A DNA stretch of 50,410 nt from Parvularia atlantis. Taxonomy: Eukaryota. The translations under genes were made by a program, and so were the position numbers. The stretch spans positions 1-50,410 of the forward strand of contig CALSCO010001240.1 in NCBI GenBank assembly GCA_943704415.1. Reading direction: 5' to 3'. Below, in pieces: positions 26,301 to 38,600 of this stretch (position 1 is its first letter; each line of letters opens with the position of its first letter). The notes below the pieces were generated by a model that was not told the DNA's origin, ran no database searches, and worked only from the letters and a program-made list of their open reading frames with translations.

Positions 26301-28151
26301 TTTCCTGTCTTCGGTCCAGTTGCCCGTCGCGATCGCGTACGCGAAGCCGCCGGTGATGATGCTCGGCTGGATTGCCTTGCGCAGGTCAAACTCCTTCTTC
26401 TTGCTCAGCGACTGCAAGCCCGCATGGTAAGACAGCGCGAGTACATGCCAAGCAAGACCCGTGCCTTTTGCAGGTTCGTCTGGATGTTCTTGCGCAGGCG
26501 CTTGAACAGGCCGCGGAAGAGCGACGTGAGCAGCGGCCCAGCGAGGTCGCAGCGCTTCTTGCCGTAGTGGTCGCGATCGTCCTGTGCACAACAACCGTCA
26601 GCCCCCACTACGCACCCGCCCCACCGTGACCGGACGCACCGGTGTGCGCCGGCCGAGCGCAACGAGCATGAGGCGATGTACCATGTAGCCGAGGAAGTAG
26701 GCCTTCTTGGTGTCAAAGTCGGGCCCGATGCCGATGTGCGGTAGCATCTCGCGCTCGAGCACCTCGCGCGCGTGCTGCTTCTGGCGCTCCGAGTCGTGGC
26801 CCATCGTCTCGCCCGTGCGACCGATGAACTTGAGCGCCTCCTGCATGCGCCGGTGAGCACGGCCGCAGCACGCCGCACACAATGTCACGCACCGACTGCG
26901 TCGTGATGTCTTGCGCCTCACGGATGCACGGAATGAGTGCCTCGACCATCTCGTTGTCGTTCTGCCACGCAGCCACGTCAGACCACGCAGTTTCGCAAGC
27001 GGCACACGCGCACGATGTCGTAGCAGACGTAGCGCAGGATCTCGACGTCGGCGATGATGCCGAGCGCGCGGAAAACGATCGCGAGCGGGATCGTCTCGCG
27101 CATGAAGGGCAGCTGCACATGGATCGTCCGCCCGTGCTCGTCGCCACCCGCGATGCGGCTGAGCATGTACACGTACAGAGGCGAGGCCGGGCGCGGCGCC
27201 GTCTCCGCCTGCGAGCGGATTTCCGCCACAAACGCGTACTGCGCGCGGCGTCAACCGGCTGTGCACGCGTACGCGCACGCGCGCCGCAGCGGCGCCCGGC
27301 CGTGCCTTGTGCGGCATGTGCTTGGCAAAGATGTGCACAATGTTGTGCGCCATGCGCTCCTGCGCGATCAGCACCTTCTCGCTCCCGTTGATGATGAAGT
27401 AGCCGCCCTGACACCGCACGCACACACTCAGCTGCCTGGCCAGGTCCGACAGCCGCCGCAGCACGCACCTGGTCGAACGGGCACTCGCCCACGCTCGAGC
27501 TCTCCTGCAGCGTCATGTTGGACAGGTGGCACACGTTGGACCGGAGCATGATCGGGACCTCGCCGATGAACACGCGCTCGTGCACGCGCTCCTCGGTCAC
27601 GGCCTTGCGGCCGACACCGCGCGTCACCGTCTCCTTAATCTTCAGAAACAGGTTGGCGCTGTAGGTCATGCCGCGCAGACGCGCCTCGTTCTGTGCGCCG
27701 ACAGCTCAGGCAAAAAGAAGCACGAGAGGGGCGCAGGCCGCACCGGGTTGAGGATCTTCTGCTCGCTGCCGTTGGCCTCGGTGACCATCGGGCGGCTGAT
27801 AAACATCTGCATGAACTCGATCGCGTAGCGCCGCGGCACGTCGTCCTCCTGGCCGGTGTGCTGCTGCTCGACCTCGATCACCAGCTCCTTGTTGCGCTCG
27901 TGGTGCAGCACGCTCGACATGGTCGAGAGGATGAACCGGTCGAACGAGTCGAGCTGCTGCCGCACCAGCTTCTTCTCGTCGAAGAAGGCCGTCACGACCG
28001 GCCAGCACTCGTCCTGCGTGCGGATGTCGTCTTTTCGCCGCGGCCCCTCTCAGTTAACCACGACGCGCCGGCCGAAATGGCTGCGCGCACCGTCGCCGTA
28101 GTCCAGGTCCATGGCCCCGGCCCGGTCGTCGGCCATCTCGAGGCCCGGCAT
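23355..28151 (-). CDS. RPB2: RNA polymerase II second-largest subunit
   Basis: [124 protein letters not shown]; more than 20 short introns. Confidence 0.98.
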
Positions 28152-28401
28152 GCGGCGGCGGCGGCGGGCGGGCGGCGGCGGCTCGAGACGGGTTCAACGG
28201 GGCGCGCCGGAGCGGCACGAGGCGAAAACAAAAGTGACGTCGCTTTCCGCACCCGCTTTGTACCAGTACACCTCAGCTCATGTTTCACTTTGTCTGTCTC
28301 CCAGCCACGCACTTGTGATGGCTGTGGTGACGGACGCGGTTCGACACGCTGCGCGTGGGCTCATGGTTTTCACATCACGCTGATGGGCGGTGAGGGGAGA
28401 G

Positions 28402-29235
28402 TCATGCCGGCGGGGCGGCGCGCTCAGAGGCGACCTTCTGCAGGAACGCGATCGCGTCGATGACCTGCTGCGCGATCGCGCCGCGCACGACCCAGTTCGG
28501 GATCGACCCTGCAGCACCACTGCATCAGCCGGGTGCGCGGCAGACAAGGCAGAGAGAGGCGCACCGCGCACGTCCATGTGCAGCACAAAGACGAAGCGCG
28601 ACCCGCCCGCGGCCGTGCGCTGGATGATCATGCCGCTCGGGTGGTTATGCGCGCGCACGACGCCCGGCAGCGGCGGGAACAGCACGGGCTCGTCGATCGA
28701 CGCAAAAACGCTGTGCACGGACCCGTCCGGCAGCGTTCGCAGCGCGCGCACGTTCGTCAGCTCGCGCGCCGACACGAGCCCGCCCAGCGCGCCCTTGTGC
28801 ACGTTGTGGTACAGGTGCGTCTTGTAGCCGTCGGCGGTCTGCGGCCCCCACGCGTGCCTGAGCGGTCGATGGTGCGCGCGATCGGCACGCCGCACCTCCC
28901 ACACGACCTTGTCCTCCGTCAGGTCGTGCGCGGGGTCCCACTCCAGCAGGCGCGAGTCGTCCTCAATCGCCTGCGCGGCAGTCGGTACGGCGCACGGGCC
29001 ACGCAAGCGACATGCGGCGCACGCGGATGCATTCGATCGGCGCCATCGCCACCTCGCCCTCGCCCACGAACACGTCCGGCCCGCCGCCCGCCGCCACGCG
29101 CGTCACGCGGATGCGCCGAGCACGGTCCTCACTGAACACGGGCGCGCCCGTCGCCGCACGCTCGTGCGCGAGCACGGCAGTCTCGATCTCGCGCACGCGC
29201 GCGTCGTATGCGGCGCGGTCAACCTCCGCCGGCAT
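28402..29235 (-). CDS. START-domain lipid/sterol-binding protein (STARD4/5/6-like)
   Basis: RLLEWD, GALGGLVSARELTNVR, FPPLPGVVRAHNHPSG, LHMDVRG|SIPNWVV..QQVIDAIAFLQK; three introns. Confidence 0.85.
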
Positions 29236-29384
29236 TGCCGTCTGCTTGCTGGGATTGCGAGCACACCGCTGGATCAGTTGGCTAAGTAACTTTTACATAA
29301 CGCATTCCTCAGCCATCCGCTCGTCTGATGCGCCGCGGCCCATCCGCGGCCGCCGCGGCCGCGGGAGGACGAGATCTGCTGTGG

Positions 29385-32300
29385 ATGGAGCAGATGGGCG
29401 GCGCGGACGGCCCGCCGGATGCGGCGGACGGCACGGATGGACCGCACGCGTCTGGTTGGCGCGCGCGCCGTTTGTTGTCTGGGGCGCAACGTCACGCTGG
29501 ACCGGGCTGCGCCGTCGCGCCGCGCACTGCCCGCGCGCCGTCGCCGTTTTCTTCCTCTGCTGCGCCCCCACTGCTGTGCTCGCCGTCTGCTGCCCGTGCG
29601 GCGCGCACGACGCCGGCCCTCACCCCCCTATTGAAGCCGTGCGCGGCCCATCTCAACCCCGCACGTGCCGCAATTGCGAACGCCGCCGTTCACGTCGCGC
29701 ACGTTGCCGCCGTGTGCGCAGCGCCGTGTTCCCCCCTCCGCTACCGCCACCCCGCACGTCGCGCCGATTCTGACCGTTACGCACAGGAGCCGCGGCGGGA
29801 CCCGGATGGCCCGCGTGTGAATGGCGCGTCGCGTGCTGCCGCCGCCTTCGACAAGTGCGCACGTGCTGACGCATCACGACGACGACACACAGCCCAACCC
29901 CCACCACCAGCCAACGGAGCGACGGCAGATGCAGCAGGGCGCGCAGCAGACGCAGGCAAGTCACGTGACGCGCTTGTTTTGTCCCGGGCCTTGGCGCTGA
30001 CCTCGCGCTCGCTCCTGCTCTGCGCTCTTCGCAGTACGTGATGCGCAGCCGTGAGTACGACCAGGACGATCCGATGGTGCGTGTCTCACCTTTGTCGCGG
30101 CGCTGTTTCCTGATGCGCGCTCATCAACAGGGACGGTCGAGCTCGGCGCCGCCGCACCTGCGCGACGACGACGATTTGCCCGCTGCCGTGCGCGGCCGCT
30201 GTACGTGTCGGTGCTGCTGTGGCTGACACGAGCGCGGCGACAGTACGCTGCGCCGCCGGGCCGCGGCGCGAGCCACTTCAACGGCACGGGCGCTCGCATG
30301 CCGACGCTCTCGAGCGGGCCGCAGCCCAGCAGCAGCAGCAGCCCGTGGGCGATCTGGAACAACGCGGCCTTCCCCGATGACGCCGCCAAGGCCGCCGCTG
30401 ACCCGGCCGCGAGCTGGGAGGAGAAGCGTGCGTTTGCGTGCTTGCGCCGCCTTCGACCGCTCATGGACGCGCTCTGTGCAGCCAACAAGCCCGACAGCCT
30501 CGAGCGCACGGTCTCGCTCGACGCCGAGCATGGCGGCTCGCGCCTGCTGGGCCGCTGGACCGACAACCGCCCGGCCGTGGTCATGCCGCCGCTGCGCAAG
30601 ATGACGGTGCGGTGCTGCCTTCTGTCCGCTGCTGGGCTGACCCGCTCGCTCGGGTAACAGGACGACTACGCGCACAACTCGTCACCGCTGTATGCGTTTG
30701 GGCTGCAGAACGACGCGCACAACGAGCCGTTCAGCGGGGCGCACCCGTCGGGCAGCCATGGCGCGACGACGATCGGCATAATGCGCACGCTGTCGTCTCC
30801 GGCGACCGCAACGCTCGCGCGCGACGACGGCGGTGCGGCCTCGTCGCTGCCCTGCCTGCCCTCACTGACTGCTCGCCGCTAGTGCCAAGCATCGCCGCGC
30901 CCGTGACGGGCTCGCGGTCGGCCTCGAGTGACCTGCACAAGGACAAGCCATTCTCGCTGTCTGCCTCGGTGCGAATGTTGCAGTGACACATGCGGCCACG
31001 GCTGTCTCACGCGCGGTACAGGCAAACGTGAGCACGGCGCCGTCGCGCGTCGCCACGCCGCCCGTGCACGACGTCGGCAAGTCGGGCGATGGCGGCTTGG
31101 GACGGCCGCGCGTGGTCGACGAGGACGACGCCGTCGCCGCTGCGCTGTCGGGCTTCAACACGCTATCGCTCAACGCGTCCGACGTGGTGCGCTGCCGGGC
31201 GACGTTCGGTGCGCCGGTCTGACGAGCGCTCGCGCAGGACGAATACACGTCGGGGATGCCCGGCAACGACTTTCTGCTGTCTGGACAGTACAACGACGCG
31301 CGGCTTTCGGCGTACCCGTCGCTCGGACCACAGTCGGGCTCGCAGACGCAGTCGCCACAGATGGCGCCGCAGCGCACGCCGCCGACCGGCCCGATGGACG
31401 AGTACGAGTACGAGGCGATGCCGCGGCGGCAGGCGTCGGCGGGCTACGCCGGCTACCCGGTCGGCCGCGGGCCGATGGCGCAGCAGCAGACCGGCTACGA
31501 CTACTATTCGGCACAGGCCGCGCTCTACGCCGCCGTCGGGCCGTACCCGGGCGCGTACGGCGTGCCGATGACGCACGAGCAGTACATGAACAAGCTGGTG
31601 GCGGCCGCGGCGATGGGCGTGTACCCGGGCGGCGGCGCAGGCGGGCGGCAGGGCTACTACCCGCCGATGTGGGACGCCAACGGCACGGATATGTCGCGCG
31701 GTGCGCTGCCGAGCGGCTGCTGAAGGGTCGTGCTGACTGCGCGGCGGCCAGGCATGCCGGGCTCGTACGGCGGCTACCCCATGGGCTACCCGACGCGCGA
31801 GTACATGTACAAGCAGCACATGGCGATGGCCGCGTACGGCATGGGCCCGCCGCCGATGCGCTCCGGCAGCGGGATGAAGCGTGGCGGTACGTGCTTTGTG
31901 CCTTGTGCTGTGCGCGGCTGACGCGTGCGGGTCGCACAGGCTACGGCTCATCGTCCAACTCGTCGCTCTCGCCCAACTCGGCGCCGTCGCCGAACGGGCC
32001 ACGGTCGATGGTGCTGGAGGAGTTCCGCGCCAACAAGAACAAGAAGTACGAGCTGCGGGTGCGTGTAACCTTGCGTATTATGTGTGCTCGTCGCTGACGC
32101 TGCGGCGGCCGCGCAGGACATCACGGGCTACGTTGTCGAGTTCAGCAGCGACCAGCACGGCTCGCGCTTCATCCAGCAGAAGCTCGAGGTGGCTCCGAAT
32201 GACGAGAAGCAGCTAGTGCGTGCTGGCCGCACCTGGAGTGCTTTGCTGATGGTGCATGCCACAGATCTTTGACGAGATCGCGCCGGCCGCGTTGAGCCTG

Positions 32301-33478
32301 ATGACGGACGTGTTTGGCAACTACGTGATCCAGAAGTTCCTCGAGCACGGTGCGTCGTTGCGGGGGAAGCGGGAACGGCGTGGGCTGACTGTATGTGTGT
32401 GCCCTTGCGCGCAGGCACCGATGCGCAGCGCGTGGCCCTGGCCGAGAAGATGCACTCGAACGTGCTGACGCTGGCGCTGCAGATGTACGGGTGCCGCGTC
32501 GTGCAGAAGGTGCGGTTCACCCGTGCTCGCGCCTAGCGAGCAGCGCTGACGCCGTGCGTGTGCAGGCGCTGGAGCAGATTGACCCCGAGCAGCAGGCTGC
32601 GCTGGTGCGCGAGCTCGACGGGAACGTGCTGCGGTGCATCAAGGACCAGAACGGCAACCACGTGATTCAAAAGTGCATCGAGCGCGTGCCACCGAACCGG
32701 ATTCAGTTCATCATCGACGCGTTCCACGGCCAAGTGTTCAGCCTCGCGACACACCCGTACGGCTGCCGCGTGATCCAGCGCATCTTTGAGCACTGCGACG
32801 AGGAGCAGACGGTGCGCGGCGCGTTTGTCGCGTGTGCGAGCTTGCTGATCGTTGTGCGCAGCGGCCACTGCTGGACGAGCTGCACAACTTTGTGCCGCAC
32901 CTGGCGCAGGATCAGTACGGCAACTACGTGATCCAGCACATCCTCGAGCACGGCAAGGTGCGCCGCGGCTTGCATTGGCGCACAGCGAGCGACTCACACA
33001 GCATGGGGCGCAGCCGCGGGACCGCGCGCAGATCATTGCCAAGGTCAAGGGCCAGATCCTGGTCATGTCGCAGCACAAGTTCGCGTCCAACGTGGTCGAG
33101 AAGTGTGTGCACAACGGGACCAAACGCGACCGCATGGTCATGATCGAGGAGGTCATCACGACGCGCGCCGACGGCGTTACGCCGCTGCTGGTGATGATGA
33201 AAGACCAGTTCGCCAACTACGTGATCCAGCGCATGGTCGACGTCGTCGACGGCGACCAGCGCGAGACGCTGATCCAGAAGATCCGCCCGCACCTGGCCAC
33301 GCTGCGCAAGTACACCTACGGCAAGCACATCATCTCCAAGGTGCGTGGCCCGTGCACGCGGGCGAGGGTGGCTGACATGACGTCGCCGCAGGTCGAGCGC
33401 TACATCAGCCAGGGCTACGGCAGCCACCACGGCAGCAACGGCCACCTGCACTCGAGCGAGACGCTGGCGACGGCCTGA
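29385..33478 (+). CDS. PUM: Pumilio-family (PUF) RNA-binding protein; start uncertain (alternative ATGs at 29929, 30041)
   Basis: [12 protein letters not shown] followed by eight PUF repeats with recognition motifs SRFIQ, NYVIQ, CRVVQ, NHVIQ, CRVIQ, NYVIQ, SNVVE, NYVIQ, ending [15 protein letters not shown]; long Y/G/P/M-rich N-terminus. Confidence 0.95.
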
Positions 33479-33731
33479 GCGCGCCGGGGGACATGTGCAC
33501 CTTTTTTTTTGTACCATCTGTTTCTTTCGCGCGACCGTGCGCCGTGCTGTAACTCTCTGTCCTTTTTCTCTGTGCTTCCTACACACTTCACGTTCCCGTG
33601 TCGCGTCTGTTGCCCATGGCTCATTGCACCCTTCCCCCGCTGAACTTGATCCCTCCCTCCGCGCCACCCGTTGTGTGATCGGATCGCGAGACTGCACGCT
33701 GTTCGGTCTGCCAGCACAAGCACAGCGGGAC

Positions 33732-35462
33732 TCACACCGACGCCATCGCCAGCACGGCCGCGACCGCGCCTGCCAGCGCCACGGCCAGCGCGCCCCACGG
33801 CATCGCCGACGCCGCGGCCCTGCTCGTGTTGCCGCCGCCGTTGCCGCCGTTGTTGTTGCCGCCGGACGACGTCGGCCGGTTGCTCGGGAAGCCGCTCGGC
33901 TGGCCCGACGGCACATCCGACGGCGCCAGCGACGGCGGGAAGGTCGGCACGGCCGTCGTGGGCGTGGGCGGCATGGTCGGAATGAGGTCGGGCGAGCTCG
34001 GCGGGTACGTCTGAAGGCGCGTCAGCCCGTGTGTGTCGATCAGTGCAAACGAGCAGGCGCACCTGGTTGCCCGCGTAGATAAACGCGACGGCGTTGCCCA
34101 GCGTCGTGTAGGCGTTGAGGTAGCCGTTGTATGTCGTCAGGCCCCACTGAATGTTGCTCTGGCGCACCGATCAGCACGCGCGCACGCAGACGCACGAGGG
34201 CGCACGCACCAGATACAGCTCGACCTGGACCTTTTGCGTCGCGGCGTAGTTGATAAAGTCCTGTGCGACGTGCCGTGAGCGACCGTGCGACCTCGCAAGG
34301 GAAGCAAGTCGACGGCACCTGCAGGTTCTGCGGCGCGGCGGTGACGAGCGTCGTCGCGTCGATCTGGATCGTCGTGACCTTGAGCCGCGCGAGGTTGAAG
34401 AGGCTGTTGGTGAACCGGAAGACGGCCTGGGTCGCATTCATGCCTGCGCGTCGGGCTCAGCACAAGTACGGCATGTCTTGTGCGCGCGCACCGTAGTACT
34501 GGATCAGCGACGAGTCCGAGATCCACACGTTGACGTTCTGCACGGCGTTGGCGAACGACACGCCCGGCGTGACCTTCATCTCGGCGAGCGAGTTGAGCTC
34601 GTGGATGACAAAGCCGCGGAACGAGGTCGCGTTGAGCTGGCGCGTCATAATCACGCTCGTGTTGACCAGCGTCCCGTGGAAGTACTGGTAGCCACGCTCG
34701 TAGAACGTGCCGGGCGGGTACGAGATGTTGGCGGCCTGCGTTCGCACCCGTCAGCAGTGCTGAGACTGTCACGGCGCGCGCGCACCTCAACGCGCAGGTT
34801 GCACGTGATGCCGTTCTGCACCGCGTAGCGGCACAGCTCGACGTTCTGGCTGCTGGCGATGAGCACGTCGGTCGCCTGCCGTTGCGGTCAGTGCCGGCGC
34901 GAGAGGACGGTCGGGCACGCACCTGGCTCACAGTGATCGACAGCAGCGCGCCTGCGAGCGCCTTCATCTCGTCGATGATCTGCCGGCGCCGCGCGTCAGC
35001 AGTCGTTGCGGTCGCAGGCAGGCGGTGCACGCACGTAGTAGCCGAACGGCCGCGTGTTGTTGTTGGCGTCGGTGTAGGGGTAGCGGAAGACGTCGCCAAA
35101 GTACGACGGCATGACAAAGTTGAGCGGGACCGGGTTGCCCCAGACGGACCACCACCTGGCGGGGCAGCCGCCGTCAGACGAGAGCACGAGGCACGGGGGG
35201 ACCGGGCGCACGCACTGCGGGACGTAGGAGTAGAACGTGCGGAGCTGGTCCATGGCCTCGGCCGTGTTGGTCAGGAAGAAGGGCGAGACGTAGGCGCGCG
35301 GGTCGAGCACGACGGCACTAGGGCGGATCACGTCGGCGGCATGGCTCGCGTCTGTCGGGCGCGGTGAGGACGTGCTGTGACCGCGCGCACACACGGCGAC
35401 GTACGTGCGAGCAGCAGGGCGCCGATCACGGCCGCGCAAACGAGGCGCTGGGTGTGGGCCAT
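33732..35462 (-). CDS. Secreted, probably GPI-anchored protein with a putative TIM-barrel-like domain and P/S/T stalk
   Basis: Signal-like start MAHTQRLVCAAVIGALLLA; about 10 exons that appear to splice in frame; PTxxPS-rich linker; hydrophobic C-terminus WGALAVALAGAVAAVLAMASV*. Confidence 0.75.
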
Positions 35463-35644
35463 GTTGACGGACGTGCGACGGCAGCAATAGAGGAGGGGAT
35501 GGCCGAGAACTGGTCCCGGCAGCCGCGCGCGCACGGGGCACTTATACGTCGCCGTCAGGCGGACGTGGCTTGTGGAGGCCCTGTCGACGCGCGCACGACG
35601 TGGCCCCGCACACGGGGCGCGCACCGGGTCCCGGATGGCCGAAA

Positions 35645-35662
35645 GGGGGGGGGGGGGGGGGG
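35645..35662 (+). repeat. G18 homopolymer between the divergent GPI-protein and IP3R-like genes
   Basis: 18 consecutive G directly before the first recognisable IP3R-like codons. Confidence 0.9.
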
Positions 35663-38600
35663 CAACAGAACTTTTTCAGCCTCGCGCAGCAGACCCGCGG
35701 CCTGGCCAACACGTACAAAATCGAGATCGAGTCGTGCATCGCGGTGCTCTTCCGCCTGTTTGAGACGTTCAAGATCGGTGCGCGCCACTGCCGCCGCCCA
35801 ACGACGTCGGGCAAACTGTGCCGCGGCGCACAGCCATCGGTTCGGGCCTGGACTCGGACGTGCCTGCGTTCCTCGAGAAGCGCCACCACACGAACCGGGT
35901 GCGTGAGAAGAGTCGTGTCCTGCCGCTGCGCGCGCTCAGACGCGGCCGTCGCGGCGCGCAGGCGATCAACACGTTCTTCGAGAACTGGCGCACGCGCAAG
36001 GGTGCGGCCGACAAGATGACGGCGTCGCGCAAGCTCTCGCAGTCGACGGTGCGCGCTGCGCCGTGCCTGGCCGCGAAGAACTGAGCACGGCGCGCAGATC
36101 GAGCTGCAAAACAGCATCGCGTCGCACCTCGGGCCGTTCTTTGAGCAGATGGAGCGCGACAACATGCCCATGATCGAGACCGGTGCGCCGCGGCGCTGCC
36201 CCTCGCCTGCCGACGCTGACAACGGAGGAGCCGCGCAGAGCGTGCGGTGCTCGTGGACGTCGTGCACCACTCGGCGCGCCTGTACTCGATGGACGCGACG
36301 GTCACGGACTCGCCGCTGCTGCTGCACCACAACTCGGGCGGCAAGGTGCGTGCTGGCGTAGTGCGCCGGCGGGCTTGACGGATGACGATGTGTGCGCGCA
36401 GGTCGGGGCGGCGCCGTCGTCGGGTGCGCTCATCGGCAAACTGGTCAAGCATGTGCGCTCGAAGCACTACGACAAGAAAGTGCGCACGACAACGCGAGTG
36501 CGCACGGCGGTTCTCACATGCACACGCGCAGTGGAAGCTCGAGCTGCTGTCGATCTTCTTGCGCATGATGACCGCGAGCACGCTCAGCGACGACGCTGCC
36601 ACGCTCAAGCAGTATGAGTTGGTGCGTGCGCGTACGCTGTGCATGGGGGGCGATGCGGACGGCCGCTGAACGACGGCGCGTGCATGCGCAGGACAAGTAC
36701 TTTGGGCGGTCGCGCATGTCGTGGGCGATCGACGTGCGCGCGATCCAGGACGAGCTGGACCAGTGCGGCGTGTCGGACCTGGTGATCGACCTCGCGTCCA
36801 GCAAGGACGACCGTGCGCGCTGCCTCGCGGCTCAGGCGGACGCTGACCCCGGCGCGCGTGCGCAGCGATGGTCTTTGTCGAGTCGATCCGCCTGGGCATC
36901 GCGCTGCTGGACGGCGGCAACACGACCGTGCAAAAGTCGTTCTTCGAGCGGTTCTCGTCCGGCACGGCGAGCGACTTTTTCAAGAACATCCAACGGCGGA
37001 TGCAGGAGAGCATGCAGGAGATGGAGTCGACCGTGGCCGTCAAGTCGTCCGACAAGCGCGGCACGGGTGCGCAGTGCGCCCTGCTGTGTGCGCCGCCGCT
37101 CATCGATCGCCGCGACGCCAGCGGGCTCGACCGAGTCGGCCAGCGTGCGCGCAACGCGCAACTCGCTCAAGCTGACGGACGACTTCAAGACGATGCAGCT
37201 GATCCTGCGCTTCCTGCAGCTGCTGTGTGAGAACCACAACGTCGACCTGCAGGCAAGCGCGCGTCCTCTGATCGCGGACGGTGCTGATGCACGCGCGCCG
37301 GCAGCTCACGCTACTCAAGAACAACCTTGTGCAGCAGACGCTCGCGTACCTGGACTACGTCTGCGCGAGCGCAATCGCTGGCGTGAGCGTGACGACGCTG
37401 CTCAAGTGCGCATGGCATTCGGGGCCGCGTGCGTGTGCTGACGCCCGGCGCAGCTCCGAGGCGCGCGTCAACCTCATTATCCAGTGCCTGACGACGCTGA
37501 CCGAGTACTGCCAGGGCCCGTGTCGCGAGAACCAGGTGCGCGACGAGCCTCACCGCCGCGGAGACCGCTGCTTACGACGACGTCCGGTGCAGGACTGCGT
37601 GGCGACGCATGACTGCCACGCGTTTGAGCTGTCCAACAACATCATCAACGTCGACCTGGGCATGCTGTCGACGCCGCTGCCAAAGTCGGCGGACGGGCTT
37701 TCGCGGCTCGTGTCGTTCCTGCAGGTCAAGGTGCGTGCGTGGCCGACGCCGAGGTCAGCCGGCACGCTGACCGCTGCGCCAGAACAACGTGTGCAAGTTC
37801 CTGCTCAGCGTGATCGAGAGCCGCGCGCCTCACGAGATCCCGGACAAGCTCGTGTACAACATCGACCTGATTGCACTGGTGCGCACGCGGGCATGCGCGC
37901 ACGGCGCGCGCACGGCTTAGCTTGTCGCGCTGCCGTACGCAGAGCAAGACGATCAAGCTGGTGCACCGCCTGCACTCGAGCGAAGTCTTCGTGGTCGAGG
38001 CCAACCACGACACGGTGGAGCAGGTCGCCTACGAGCTCGGCCAGAACCTGTTCCTGCTCGCGACGCAGCTCAGCAAGACCTCGGCCGACCGGCACGACAG
38101 CATTCACGCCGACTCGGACGTGTCGCTCAAGTACTACGCGTCGCTGACGGGGTGCGCCGAGTGCCGTCCGCGCGCGCGTGGGTCTCACGAGGAGCGCGCA
38201 GGACGATCGAGCTCGTGCGCAAGGGCCGGCTCGAGCAAATCAGCTTCCCGATCCCGTACGTGTGCCAGTTCCTGACGGACGAGTCCAAGACAGACATCAT
38301 CGAGAACTCGAAGCGCGACGAGCAGGGTGCGTGCGTGTGCGCGCGCCCGTGAGCACCGGGCTGCCTGCTGAGCGTGACACGCGCGCGCGCGCCCTCAGGG
38401 TCCAAGATCCCGCACTTTTTTGCGCGCATGGGCGAGCTGTACAGCGAGATGAAGTGGCAGAATCGGCTGCGCAAGTGGAAGGAGGTTTGTGGCGCGCAGG
38501 GCTCTGGCCCCCGCCTGACCCACCGCGCGGCGGGGCGCAGCTGTCGTGGCTGGCGCGGCACATCTCGACGTGGAAGGTGATCGCATTCTACGCCTCGGTC

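Noticed and set aside
23355..28151. RPB2 as a divergent Pol IV/V-like or viral paralog
   Set aside because: The N-terminal lobes are somewhat divergent, but all the catalytic-region and C-terminal motifs I checked are canonical Pol II.
33479..33731. Pumilio autoregulation via UGUAHAUA in its own 3' UTR
   Set aside because: Only partial cores (TGTACCAT, TGTAACTC) are present, with no canonical site. The repeat code itself is the standard one.
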